DNA of 36,734 bases from positions 1 to 36,734 of the forward strand of contig JAACDL010000190.1 of NCBI GenBank assembly GCA_009936765.1. Direction: 5' to 3'. Made by a program: the position numbers and the translations under genes. The DNA is from Methanobacteriota archaeon (lineage in GTDB: Archaea; Thermoplasmatota; Poseidoniia; Poseidoniales; Poseidoniaceae). Under the pieces are notes generated by a model. The model made no database searches and had not been told where the DNA came from. It saw nothing but the letters and a program-made list of their open reading frames with translations. Positions 15,298-24,958 of this stretch are shown here, one piece after another. The number at the start of each line of letters is the position of its first letter. The stretch's first letter is position 1.

Positions 15298-17570
15298 TCT
15301 TTACGAGATCTTAGGCTAGCAACAATTCCAGCAACTGCAATCATTGTCATTGTAAGAACTGGTGAGACGAAAGGAAGTAGTCCACTTCCATCATCAGCAG
15401 CAGTTTCATCTCCAGAACCATCCGCAGGGCCGCCTGCTTCTGGACTGTTATCTTGTAGTGATTCTTCAATCGCTTCTTCGATAATTTCATTGTTGTGTTG
15501 AGACAAATCTACTAGATCTTCTAGAGTGGAGTCATCAGCAATATCTGCTTCTTGGGCGATAGCTTGTTGTCCAGAGAAGTATGTTATTGAAACTGGAGAA
15601 GGTGCATCGCCGTAAGAATCAGATTCTGGACCGACTAAAGTGTACCACAGGTTGCTATCATCAGATGTGACAACCATTTGGAATCCAACTACCATATTGT
15701 TGGTGTTATCCCAAAGTATGTACATCTCTCCATCATCATACGGGAAGTCAGCTTCATAATCTTCAAGTCTGTATTCTAAATTTTCACCAAAGTTCTCGAG
15801 CACATTTTCTAGTGTGGAATCAGAGAATCCCTCGATAATGTCGATTACTAAGTCACTAGGTTCTGGATCTTGCGCAACTTCAGTACATGTTTCAACAGTA
15901 TCGACGATTTGGTTATTTGTGATATCTTTCAGTTGTGCAGTAACACAGTGTTCACCCCATGAACTAGTAGACATCTCCGTCCATTCATCATCATAATCAG
16001 TGTTTGAGATTACGTAGGAGCCTGTGTCTTGAGTAATTCCATCTGAGTCAACCAGTACCATGTTTACTTCGTAATTGTTGTTATAATCCAGATCCCATGC
16101 CTGTAATTCGAGCTGTACTTCTTCTTGGGAACCGACATTCATTTCCATGGACATCATGTCGCTTGACTCATAATCGTCGCCACTTCCGTCCATGCTTTCT
16201 ACAATCTCTGCTGTGCTGTCTACAATCATATCTTCAAGAGTTGCAGCATCTTCAGTTCCCGCGAATGCGTGTAAGAATAGATCGTAAATATGGCAGGTCA
16301 TCCCGAACGGAACTGGACTTGTGTGTGCCTGCATAACTTCAATTTGTTCACCATCGGTAGTAATCATCTGAGTTCCCTCGAATAATTCCATACCCATCTC
16401 GCAGCCATAGCCTTCATCGAACCCACCGGCGTCAGTAGTATCATCACTTGCAGAAACATCCCACTTACCTTCAGGGAATCCCATTTCTTCTGCCGGTAGA
16501 CCTGTCAATTCAAAGTTAAATCCTGTAGAAGTAGAGAAAGTTCCTATGTTGGATTCTACTTCATCTATCACTATGTGACCAATAGGGCTGGTACCGTCAT
16601 TGTAGTGTGTCCAACCTTCAGCAACTGCGTTTTCCCAATCATCATCATGATCGAAATCCCAAGTACAGAAGAATTCGTCACTGCTAGAATAGTACTCACA
16701 GTAGGATCTGTACTCATACCAGTCAACATTCCCATCGTCATCGTAATCGATAGTGCATCGGTATTCATGACCATCCCATTCGCAATCTTCGTAGTTCTCC
16801 CAATAAACTTCACCAGAGTCGTCTTCTCCAATATTCCATTCAATGCTTTCTCCGCCTTCTAGGTCAGAAATTCTTTGATGGAGCGTACTTGGCTCGGCGT
16901 AAATTATTGAACTTGCAGCGTTAGTTACTCCGTAAGCGACACCCATTTCCATGTGGATGTCTAGAGGCATGACTTTGTCGCCATCCTCTGCTTCTAGGCT
17001 ACCTTCGAGGTCAAAGGAAATTGTTGTATCAGATGCCATAGACATATCAATATCATGGCCATAGATTAGCCCGGCTACATCACGGTACTCTACATAGTAA
17101 GCATCGACGTTGAAAACACCTTCAGAACCAGCTGAGATTGTTAAATCCCAACCTGCACGAGCATCTGACCACTCGGTGATAATTGCCATATCTGTAAGTG
17201 AGCCATGGCGAACTGTCAATTCTGTAACATGCTTTGTTACTTCAACTGAAGACCCATCTGTAGCATCAAACATCATTGTTCCATCTTCATATTGGTCGAC
17301 AACCATTGAAGAAGTACCTGTGATTTCTTCTAGGATAAGCAGTTCGATTCCTGCATCATCTGCAGACTGCATAACATCTGCTAGAATTTCATCAAGCGGC
17401 AAGCCAGTCATAGACTCAAAATCAGTATCCATGTTGGTCCAATCATATTCCATTCCAAACGCGAAGTGTTCAGTTGTTGCATCCTCCGCAGCGACTCCTT
17501 GTGGCAAAACAGATGCACACAAAAGTACGGTCAACAAAACGGCATTCAATCTCGAGAAACTTTTCCTCAT
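15294..17570 (-). CDS. Very acidic secreted surface protein with a PGF-CTERM-like C-terminal sorting tail
   Basis: Signal peptide ending VAA|ED; acidic/Gly linker, then GLLPFVSP-hydrophobic helix-RSRKE at the extreme C-terminus. Confidence 0.8.
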   Translation of the reverse strand: MRKSFSRLNAVLLTVLLCASVLPQGVAAEDATTEHFAFGMEYDWTNMDTDFESMTGLPLDEILADVMQSADDAGIELLILEEITGTSSMVVDQYEDGTMMFDATDGSSVEVTKHVTELTVRHGSLTDMAIITEWSDARAGWDLTISAGSEGVFNVDAYYVEYRDVAGLIYGHDIDMSMASDTTISFDLEGSLEAEDGDKVMPLDIHMEMGVAYGVTNAASSIIYAEPSTLHQRISDLEGGESIEWNIGEDDSGEVYWENYEDCEWDGHEYRCTIDYDDDGNVDWYEYRSYCEYYSSSDEFFCTWDFDHDDDWENAVAEGWTHYNDGTSPIGHIVIDEVESNIGTFSTSTGFNFELTGLPAEEMGFPEGKWDVSASDDTTDAGGFDEGYGCEMGMELFEGTQMITTDGEQIEVMQAHTSPVPFGMTCHIYDLFLHAFAGTEDAATLEDMIVDSTAEIVESMDGSGDDYESSDMMSMEMNVGSQEEVQLELQAWDLDYNNNYEVNMVLVDSDGITQDTGSYVISNTDYDDEWTEMSTSSWGEHCVTAQLKDITNNQIVDTVETCTEVAQDPEPSDLVIDIIEGFSDSTLENVLENFGENLEYRLEDYEADFPYDDGEMYILWDNTNNMVVGFQMVVTSDDSNLWYTLVGPESDSYGDAPSPVSITYFSGQQAIAQEADIADDSTLEDLVDLSQHNNEIIEEAIEESLQDNSPEAGGPADGSGDETAADDGSGLLPFVSPVLTMTMIAVAGIVASLRSRKE

Positions 17571-17624
17571 GAATTAAACTTATCATAACAGGGTAATTAA
17601 GGTATGGGCAGCGAAAAATGGGGA

Positions 17625-20600
17625 TTATTCAACGTTTTCAGTTGAATTGTCAACTGGGCTTTCATCCAAATCCCCTTCTAAGTATTCTTTGGAATCGCCG
17701 CCAAATACCCCCCATGAATCTATGAGATCTATGTCTGCAAGGCGCTTTCTTCTTCGTATCACTACGAAAGCTACAATCGACGATAGAAGAATGAATCCTC
17801 CTATTGAAGCACCTGCAACATACAGCGAAGTGTTATCCTTTTCTTTTTCTGTAAATTCAATATTGATACTGATGTAGTCTATGCTCTCATCATCGAATGC
17901 TGTTACTTTTACCTGAGCTTTGCCATCGCCTTCCGGTAGTATTTCGACATCTCCTGTCCAAATGCCGTCACCGTCATCATCTGTCAGATTGAAGTACCAA
18001 ATTTGAGGTTCTTTGATAATTGTTGCATTAAGCAATTGAGTTGTACCATCCGGGTCATCTAATTTGACTCGAACTGAAATCTTAGTGAGTTCATTAACCG
18101 TAGCGGTTTTCGGAGTGGCTGTCAAATTAGAAAGGTCTGGGCTGCTAGATGCAACTGTTATGTTGAGATGTTGTTCATCAATTCCGCCCCTTCGGTCCTC
18201 AATGAAAAGCGAAATGTGATGCACCCCTGGTGCTAATTTGGTAGAATAGAAAGCATCGTTCGACAGTACAACCGGGTATATTTCACCTGCTTCGTACAAA
18301 CGCCATTCTCGTCTAGTAATGTCATCATCAGCATCGCTTGTCCCGTTCGAGTCAAACATAACCAATTCCCCCGGTTCGTAATACTGGTTGTTAACTGGCT
18401 CGTAGATTACGGCATCTGGGTCGGATTCAACCACCAGTAAATTGACTACCTCGTCCCTAGACAAACCTGTTTCGTCAACCAATGTGAATGTCAGAATGTG
18501 TTCACCTGAAGCTAAAGTAATAATGTATAATTCTGATGGACTTTCATCTGTAAGGATAATACCAGATACATCGCTTTCCAAACTGAATGTGAAATTGTCA
18601 CCGTCATAATCCATGCTTTCACGGATGTCAAGTTCGATCAAATCACTAGAATTGTACCCATATGATAAATCAGGATTTGTAATAACAAGAACCGGAGCAG
18701 AAGGTGCGACTTCAACAATCACGTTGCTGGTCACAGGAGAATGAATCCCATCGTCCATCATCAAGCTGATCGTATGCGTACCACTAGACAAGTGACCTTC
18801 GAAAATTAACCAATCAGAACCATCCTCTTGAAGAAGACCATCGATGTCAGAATACCAAGAATAAATCAGATATTCTGAACCAGTTGCTGGTTCACTTTCA
18901 GCACAATGCCATGATATATTGTTAGGGAATGTGCTACAAGCACTATCCCAATCTCCTGAACCAGAAGCATTGAACTCGAATAAGTGGCTAGAATCGTGAC
19001 TAGTGCCGGCTTGAGGCGATGTTATAACTGCTTTAGGAGGGCTATTTTCTACTGTAAGAATAGTCGAGTTCTGAGATGTTGAGTTGATGTGTTCCATCCT
19101 CCCGTCATTAACACTCAAGGTGATTACATGGGCGCCCCTAGAGAGGTGGCCTTGCCAAGTACTTTGATTCGAGATTATACCATCTAGAGAACTTTCCCAA
19201 AGGTAGGTGACATCGTCTCCTTCAGGGTCTACAGTCGTACTTAACAGAGTAATCTCATCTTCAGATAAATTACCTTCACGGCTAACTTCGAAAGAAGAAA
19301 CTGGTACTTCGTTATACAATTCAACTGGAACTACCCATTCTTTTACAGGGTTTATTCCATCAGACACAGATAGAGTGAGATCGAATGTCATGTCGCTCAT
19401 ATTTGCGAATGATAAGTATCCAGTTCCGTTTACACAATCACCTAGTTGTACATTGTTTCCAGGCCACGACCATGAACAATCTAGAGTATCATTTTCGGGG
19501 TCATAAGTACCATTTAGCCAGAACTCCAAGGGTTTGGTAATTGGAGTTTTCAACTCACCCCAAGGGGAAAGTGAAGGGTCTGTGTTAACGACAATTATTG
19601 GGTCTTGGTTAGATAATTCAATCGTTCTTGTTTCATCAACGCAGTTACCCTTGTCGTCACATATTTCCAGAGTAATGTCATGGACTCCGTCTGAAAGAGT
19701 ACAACCCCATACACCATCCGAATTTACAGAGAATGCAAAACCTCTGTTAGGATTGAATGGATTACCTTGACCGGTGCATGATGCCAAAATATCACCATCT
19801 AGGTCGCTTGTCCACGCGAAGGTTAATTCATCATCATCAAGGTCCCAAGAAGCACTAGCGTTGAATAAAATATCTCCTTGTGATGGGTAAACATTCTGAT
19901 CTGAAGGAGTGTCCCAAATTATGAAAGGTGCTTGATTTGACAAAGGAAGTTGACACCAGACCATCCTGTCTTCGGACAAGGAGATACTGGTGGAATTAGA
20001 TACACTATCATAAGAACAATCGATGGTAACTGTGGTGTAGGGGCTTTGTCCAACGCTTGTGTATTTCTTACCTCTTAAATCAGAGAATGTCACAGTACCA
20101 ATGTTGTTTGTTGATTCCGATATTGAATTTTCTAATTGGTCAAAACCAAGATGCACTGCAGCATTTGGAATTCCATTTGAGTAATTATTTACAACCCATA
20201 CCTCAACATCCCATGCCTCTTCAATCCACCCATTACCAGCAATGTTAGCACTAGAATAACCGATGTTTGTAGGCTGATGTAAATGTAAATGTGAATCTGT
20301 ATCTAAATTTAGAACATGTGAACCAATATCACTGAATTTTGTCCAATTAAGTTCAACATTGGTGAATGTGAGTTCACCTGTGCAACTAGACGTTATGGTA
20401 TTTCCAGACCCTGATAATTGGTCATGATTTGAGAGATTGAGACAACCACTTCCTGAGAAATTAGCATTTGATAGAACACTGACCCTCTCAACATTATGCT
20501 CTGCATCCCAAATGAGTCCTCCATGAGTTCCGTAGATGTCGAGCCCATCAATCACGCCTTCTGCAGCAACGATATCGATTCCAGGTCCGCTATTATTCAC

Positions 20601-22250
20601 CCAAGCTTCTACGTCATGTAAATGGAACAATCCGCCCTGAGAACCGATATTCAAACCACTATTATCAATCGATATCGCAGGCCCTGTCAATGGGTCATGT
20701 ATCTGTAGATCTTCAAGATAAATATCGACTGAATCTGTGATTACAACACCGCGGTTGTTGCCAATTGAAACACAAGATACACAACTGACGTCTCCGGAAC
20801 CAGACTCAATATCATTCGCTCTGTTGAATTCAAGTCCTGCATCTGCATTGTTAGAACTGGACAGATTAGAAAGGTAGACGTACCTAGCATCATCAATATG
20901 TACGCCTGAGTTACCATTGTTGTCTAGTGTCAAACCGTCAACAATAGTTGCTGCGCTCTCTAAGTAGAATCCCTCTTGACCATTGTCATGGAGGTTCCAA
21001 TCGTTTCCTTGAATTGCTCCACCGTTCAAAGCAAATACTCCAGGACCTGTAGAATTGGAAACCTCAAGTCCGTCAAATTTAGCTGCGAAATAAGAAGAAC
21101 GTATCGAGATTCCTGCACCATCTGCGCCACTTCCAGAGCCTCCAGTATTATTGATTGAAAGATTTGTGAATATAGTCGATGAATCCACGAAATATAACTG
21201 AACTCCAACGGCGTCGTTGTCTTCAAGATGAGCATCTTCAATCCAAGCACCTGTGGCGTTTATCTCAATTGTAGCAGTAGCAAGACCGGACGTCTTAGCA
21301 TCAGGTCCGCCAGTTCCACTAATTTCTAAACCCTCGATTATTGCACTCTGATAATTTGTGTAATTTGTGTGGTCTTCTTTGTCGATTATGAGAGCCTTGT
21401 ACATGGAATTCCGAATATTCAAGTCTCTGATTACTGCCCTGGTAGTAATGCCATCATCGATGTGGCGGATTATTGCACCGTGATCTGAACGGTTAACTGA
21501 GACACCTTCCAACAATGGAACGCTATCTTCTACCCAAATTCCTGCAGCTTCGGCAAGAGTTGCCCCCGTAATATTTGAGATTGTGATATTGCGTAGAAGG
21601 CCACCAGAGTTACCCCATAAATTGACACCTCTGGTAACCGCATCGGAGATTGTCAAACCATCAATATTCGGAGCCGAACCAGCCCCTATTGAAAGTCCGA
21701 TTCCGTACCTCCAGTATGTGGGAAAGTTCCAGTCTTGCCCGGCTTCATCTATGACCATATCACGTATAGTAGGTGTTGCGGGATTGAACATGTCAACACC
21801 TACATCATCTGCATTCCAGATTGTTACATTGGCAAGATAAGGGTCGGACCCGTAAATCGTAAGTCCATAAGTTGAGTGAATAATTGAAGCATTGTCTATT
21901 CTACTGCCTCTGCCGTTTGAAGTGGAATTGAACTGAATTCCCATGTGGTCACCGCCACCCGCATAGTCAAAGTAAACCGGACAATTACTTGTTCCTTCAA
22001 CTGTAATTCGACCTTCGACAAAGATCCTAACTCCATTTGACATTGTTACGTTTGTACAAGCTGAAATAATCAGTTCATCAGTAACTGAAACAGTGTGATG
22101 ATTATTGAGAACAACTTCTCCTGACCAAGTTGTTTGCGCACGCCCACTAGTTTCACTGATTTCGTCGACACTCAAGAAAATTGGTGATTGTGATGACAGA
22201 CAGAAAATAATGAGTAAGCCAACCGCAGATACTGACTTTTTACTCATCAT
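17625..22250 (-). CDS. 1541-aa surface protein: right-handed parallel beta-helix + about 7 PKD/Ig-like domains + C-terminal TM
   Basis: Pectin-lyase-like Asn/Gly ladder repeats in the N-terminal half; modules starting NQAP, NQDP, NEVP, NSPP, PSAP, ESDP, SSSP, with WxSxxDG and LSxGxHxITL; TM followed by RRRKR. Confidence 0.88.
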   Translation of the reverse strand: MMSKKSVSAVGLLIIFCLSSQSPIFLSVDEISETSGRAQTTWSGEVVLNNHHTVSVTDELIISACTNVTMSNGVRIFVEGRITVEGTSNCPVYFDYAGGGDHMGIQFNSTSNGRGSRIDNASIIHSTYGLTIYGSDPYLANVTIWNADDVGVDMFNPATPTIRDMVIDEAGQDWNFPTYWRYGIGLSIGAGSAPNIDGLTISDAVTRGVNLWGNSGGLLRNITISNITGATLAEAAGIWVEDSVPLLEGVSVNRSDHGAIIRHIDDGITTRAVIRDLNIRNSMYKALIIDKEDHTNYTNYQSAIIEGLEISGTGGPDAKTSGLATATIEINATGAWIEDAHLEDNDAVGVQLYFVDSSTIFTNLSINNTGGSGSGADGAGISIRSSYFAAKFDGLEVSNSTGPGVFALNGGAIQGNDWNLHDNGQEGFYLESAATIVDGLTLDNNGNSGVHIDDARYVYLSNLSSSNNADAGLEFNRANDIESGSGDVSCVSCVSIGNNRGVVITDSVDIYLEDLQIHDPLTGPAISIDNSGLNIGSQGGLFHLHDVEAWVNNSGPGIDIVAAEGVIDGLDIYGTHGGLIWDAEHNVERVSVLSNANFSGSGCLNLSNHDQLSGSGNTITSSCTGELTFTNVELNWTKFSDIGSHVLNLDTDSHLHLHQPTNIGYSSANIAGNGWIEEAWDVEVWVVNNYSNGIPNAAVHLGFDQLENSISESTNNIGTVTFSDLRGKKYTSVGQSPYTTVTIDCSYDSVSNSTSISLSEDRMVWCQLPLSNQAPFIIWDTPSDQNVYPSQGDILFNASASWDLDDDELTFAWTSDLDGDILASCTGQGNPFNPNRGFAFSVNSDGVWGCTLSDGVHDITLEICDDKGNCVDETRTIELSNQDPIIVVNTDPSLSPWGELKTPITKPLEFWLNGTYDPENDTLDCSWSWPGNNVQLGDCVNGTGYLSFANMSDMTFDLTLSVSDGINPVKEWVVPVELYNEVPVSSFEVSREGNLSEDEITLLSTTVDPEGDDVTYLWESSLDGIISNQSTWQGHLSRGAHVITLSVNDGRMEHINSTSQNSTILTVENSPPKAVITSPQAGTSHDSSHLFEFNASGSGDWDSACSTFPNNISWHCAESEPATGSEYLIYSWYSDIDGLLQEDGSDWLIFEGHLSSGTHTISLMMDDGIHSPVTSNVIVEVAPSAPVLVITNPDLSYGYNSSDLIELDIRESMDYDGDNFTFSLESDVSGIILTDESPSELYIITLASGEHILTFTLVDETGLSRDEVVNLLVVESDPDAVIYEPVNNQYYEPGELVMFDSNGTSDADDDITRREWRLYEAGEIYPVVLSNDAFYSTKLAPGVHHISLFIEDRRGGIDEQHLNITVASSSPDLSNLTATPKTATVNELTKISVRVKLDDPDGTTQLLNATIIKEPQIWYFNLTDDDGDGIWTGDVEILPEGDGKAQVKVTAFDDESIDYISINIEFTEKEKDNTSLYVAGASIGGFILLSSIVAFVVIRRRKRLADIDLIDSWGVFGGDSKEYLEGDLDESPVDNSTENVE

Positions 22251-22351
22251 ATTTCCACGACACCCTCAATGCATTAGACTGTTCCCCCTCTAGGTTTGAA
22301 CTTAGAAGTTAAATCGGCACAGTGAATAGGGGGTGTTATGTGGATTGTTTA

Positions 22352-22585
22352 ATGCCTGAAGCGTTCGTCCTGTTTAAGACTGAGCCGACCAAAGAAAGAG
22401 AGGTTTATTTGGAACTTTCAGGCAACCCTAGTGTTTCAGAAGTGCATGTCCTTTACGGAGAATTTGACCTCCTAATTCGGATTTCATCTGCCGATGCAAA
22501 AGGCCTCACTGGGATGCTGATGAAAGAATTTAGGCAGATATCTGGAGTTCGAGAGACTCAAACGATGATTGCTGTTGATTATTGA
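22352..22585 (+). CDS. Stand-alone Lrp/AsnC ligand-binding (RAM) domain protein
   Basis: AFVLFKTEP...VHVLYGEFDLLIRI...ISGVRETQTMI; 77 aa from ATG 22352; no HTH. Confidence 0.88.
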   Translation: MPEAFVLFKTEPTKEREVYLELSGNPSVSEVHVLYGEFDLLIRISSADAKGLTGMLMKEFRQISGVRETQTMIAVDY

Positions 22586-22590
22586 GGTGA
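22584..22590 (+). promoter_or_regulatory. Shine-Dalgarno site GAGGTGA
   Basis: Overlaps the upstream stop codon, 4 nt before ATG 22595. Confidence 0.75.
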
Positions 22591-22594
22591 GAAA

Positions 22595-22828
22595 ATGGCT
22601 ACTGGATTTGTATTAATTACCACTAAACCTGGAAGTGAGCATGATGTTCGCAGCAGCTTGGACAAAATAGAGCACGTTGTCAATCGCTGGATGCTATTCG
22701 GAGAATATGACCTGATTGCAAAAATACAGGCCGATGATGAATACACATTGACGAAAGTTATTGTTGAAGAGATAAGGCCTATTTCAGGAATTGTTGACAC
22801 CAAGACTTTGCTTGGTGCCGAGATATAA
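22595..22828 (+). CDS. Stand-alone Lrp/AsnC ligand-binding (RAM) domain protein
   Basis: GFVLITTKPGSE...LFGEYDLIAKI...IRPISGIVDTKTL; 77 aa; no HTH. Confidence 0.9.
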   Translation: MATGFVLITTKPGSEHDVRSSLDKIEHVVNRWMLFGEYDLIAKIQADDEYTLTKVIVEEIRPISGIVDTKTLLGAEI

Positions 22829-24871
22829 TCACAGTAATTTATGCATCATTTCCGTTGCATCTTTGGCCGCATTAGGACAAAGTGCACGCTTCCAAAGTGA
22901 GATTGCTTCTGCTAGAGATGAGAATGGGTTGTGTGTCTTGTAAACTGCTCGCAAATACCAAATTTTGGCTGCTATTCTTCTAGCTGAATTCAGATTGTTT
23001 TGAGATGCTGAACTTGGTAGTTCTATCTTATTCAAAAGCGATGCAGCCCTTTTGTCATCACACTTCTGGACTATGGACAGTTGTAACATAATTGCACGTA
23101 AGCCCGACCTCGAAAATACAGTGTCAACCAAGTTATCAAATGATGATGAACCCGGAGTTGATTGAGCGATTTCATCGCGCAGTTTAAGTGACTTTAGTTG
23201 AGGATCTTCACTGTGAGAAATGGATTCTAAATTATCCCTTATCTCTGCAGCTTCAGTCCAATTTCTATTTGCGATATACCATGAGTGGCGGATGTGGGCA
23301 ATTGCAACAAGTATGATTTTCTTCATATCATCAGTAACTTGACTGAAATCGAGTTTATCCAATAATTTGATGATGTCATTACCAGGAGTTTGACCGGGTA
23401 TTCTATCATCTAACCTTCTAGATGCTTCTGACAAGATTAGCCTTGAATCAGAGTTCTCTGGAATTGCCAAATCAGTATTTCCCTCCAATAACGAAAGTGA
23501 ATATTCTAAATCAGGAGCATCGCAATTTGCTAAATGCTCAGATGCCATTTCTGGCTCTCCCCTCTCGATTGCAACCATCGCCGCAATTCTATGCAATGAT
23601 TTCGATGGACTTCGATATATTGCGTCTCCAATCAATGTAGCTAATCCTGCACTAGACCTTACCATCAGGGCTTCAGCGTTGGAAAGCAAATGTGATTCGA
23701 TATCTCCACCAGAATTCAAGATATGATGCATCTCAACTAATCTAGCAAGATCTCCTTTTATTCTTGACCAATAGTTTGCAGCCTTTTTGTGGTCGACTTC
23801 TGTAAGCATAGTCGAGCGTACGTTTCTAACCAGATGATGTAACTCAACACCGCTTTCTAACCACCTTATCAGTGCATGATCATCTAATTCTAGTAAATGA
23901 TTTTCATGTTGTAATAAATCTGAAGGAACCGGAACTGGCAATAATGATAATTCGTCCAAACCTACTATCTCTTGACCCAGATTAGACAACACTACATCTC
24001 TAACCCATTCTTGTAAATCTGAACCTGCTTCGGGCAATACTGATTTTTCATCATGCATTTGCAAGGCTAATGGATGCCCACCTAACCTTTCAGCAACTAA
24101 CTCTCGATCTTCCAAATGAACTGGCAATAATGTAACTGCATCTTCAATTTCTAATGGAGGTACTTCTACAATTGTAAAACCTTCACTAATCGGTATTGGA
24201 GCGCGACTAGCCATGATCACATGTGGTGATTTTTGTACAAATTGTTCCAACCTCCCAAGATGTCTTTGATTTACTTCTTGTACTTCATCTAGAATTAACA
24301 CTTCATTTTTTGTTAGGTTTAGATTGGCTTCCTCGCTACTATGTTCAAGACCCCACTCCTGAAAAATTTGTGTAATATCCTTGAACGATTCCATAGTGGC
24401 GAAACGCACAGTTTTGCCTTCCCCTACCAACTCATCTGCAATACAGCGTAATAACGATGTTTTACCAATCCCGGGAAGGCCAGTGAGGATCAATTTTGAT
24501 ACATCTTTCAAATTACTAATTAGAGAGTTCCTACCCTTCAACAAAGTTTGTGCTGGAGGGTTTCCTAACAATTCCCCAATCTTAACTTTAGTTGGAATTT
24601 CTACGCCTTCACACTCAGCACGACCTGCAACTGTGATGTGATACACTTTCCTTTTTCGGCTGCCTCCGCCAATAACATGGGCTTTCCTTTCAACGATCAA
24701 ATTCTTAGATATTAATTCGTTTAGAGGTGCGTGTAATGCGGAACGAACGACGCCTAGATATTCGGATAATCCAGGAAGGCAAATCTCTCTAGGAACATCC
24801 CATGCAGAGTCTAAACTTGAGGGGAATGTAGCAAGCCGGGCTAGAATTCTTGCCTCTGGCCCGGTCACCAT
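22829..24871 (-). CDS. STAND-class (NB-ARC/MalT-like) ATPase with N-terminal winged HTH and C-terminal helical/TPR-like region
   Basis: wHTH (GLSEYLGVVRS...RKVYHITVAG); LKGR; Walker A GLPGIGKT; Walker B LILDE; sensor-I MASR; GGHPLAL (GxP); LHHLVR (MHD-like); helical C-terminus. Confidence 0.8.
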   Translation of the reverse strand: MVTGPEARILARLATFPSSLDSAWDVPREICLPGLSEYLGVVRSALHAPLNELISKNLIVERKAHVIGGGSRKRKVYHITVAGRAECEGVEIPTKVKIGELLGNPPAQTLLKGRNSLISNLKDVSKLILTGLPGIGKTSLLRCIADELVGEGKTVRFATMESFKDITQIFQEWGLEHSSEEANLNLTKNEVLILDEVQEVNQRHLGRLEQFVQKSPHVIMASRAPIPISEGFTIVEVPPLEIEDAVTLLPVHLEDRELVAERLGGHPLALQMHDEKSVLPEAGSDLQEWVRDVVLSNLGQEIVGLDELSLLPVPVPSDLLQHENHLLELDDHALIRWLESGVELHHLVRNVRSTMLTEVDHKKAANYWSRIKGDLARLVEMHHILNSGGDIESHLLSNAEALMVRSSAGLATLIGDAIYRSPSKSLHRIAAMVAIERGEPEMASEHLANCDAPDLEYSLSLLEGNTDLAIPENSDSRLILSEASRRLDDRIPGQTPGNDIIKLLDKLDFSQVTDDMKKIILVAIAHIRHSWYIANRNWTEAAEIRDNLESISHSEDPQLKSLKLRDEIAQSTPGSSSFDNLVDTVFSRSGLRAIMLQLSIVQKCDDKRAASLLNKIELPSSASQNNLNSARRIAAKIWYLRAVYKTHNPFSSLAEAISLWKRALCPNAAKDATEMMHKLL

Positions 24872-24958
24872 GTTAGTTCGTTATCGCTCATCAATGATGT
24901 TTCTTGCCCCTATCTGATTGGCGATGTATTCTTCATCCACCGACACTACAAGCGATTC

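Noticed and set aside
17580..17597. 14/18 match to the I-SceI site (ATAACAGGGTAAT)
   Set aside because: The 5' part mismatches, there is no vector or homing-endonuclease context, and it overlaps a plausible promoter; treated as chance.
22829..24871. Avs/NLR-like antiphage system call
   Set aside because: It has no nuclease, TIR, SIR2 or protease effector, it is short, and it sits in a housekeeping context with no defence island. A transcription regulator is more parsimonious.
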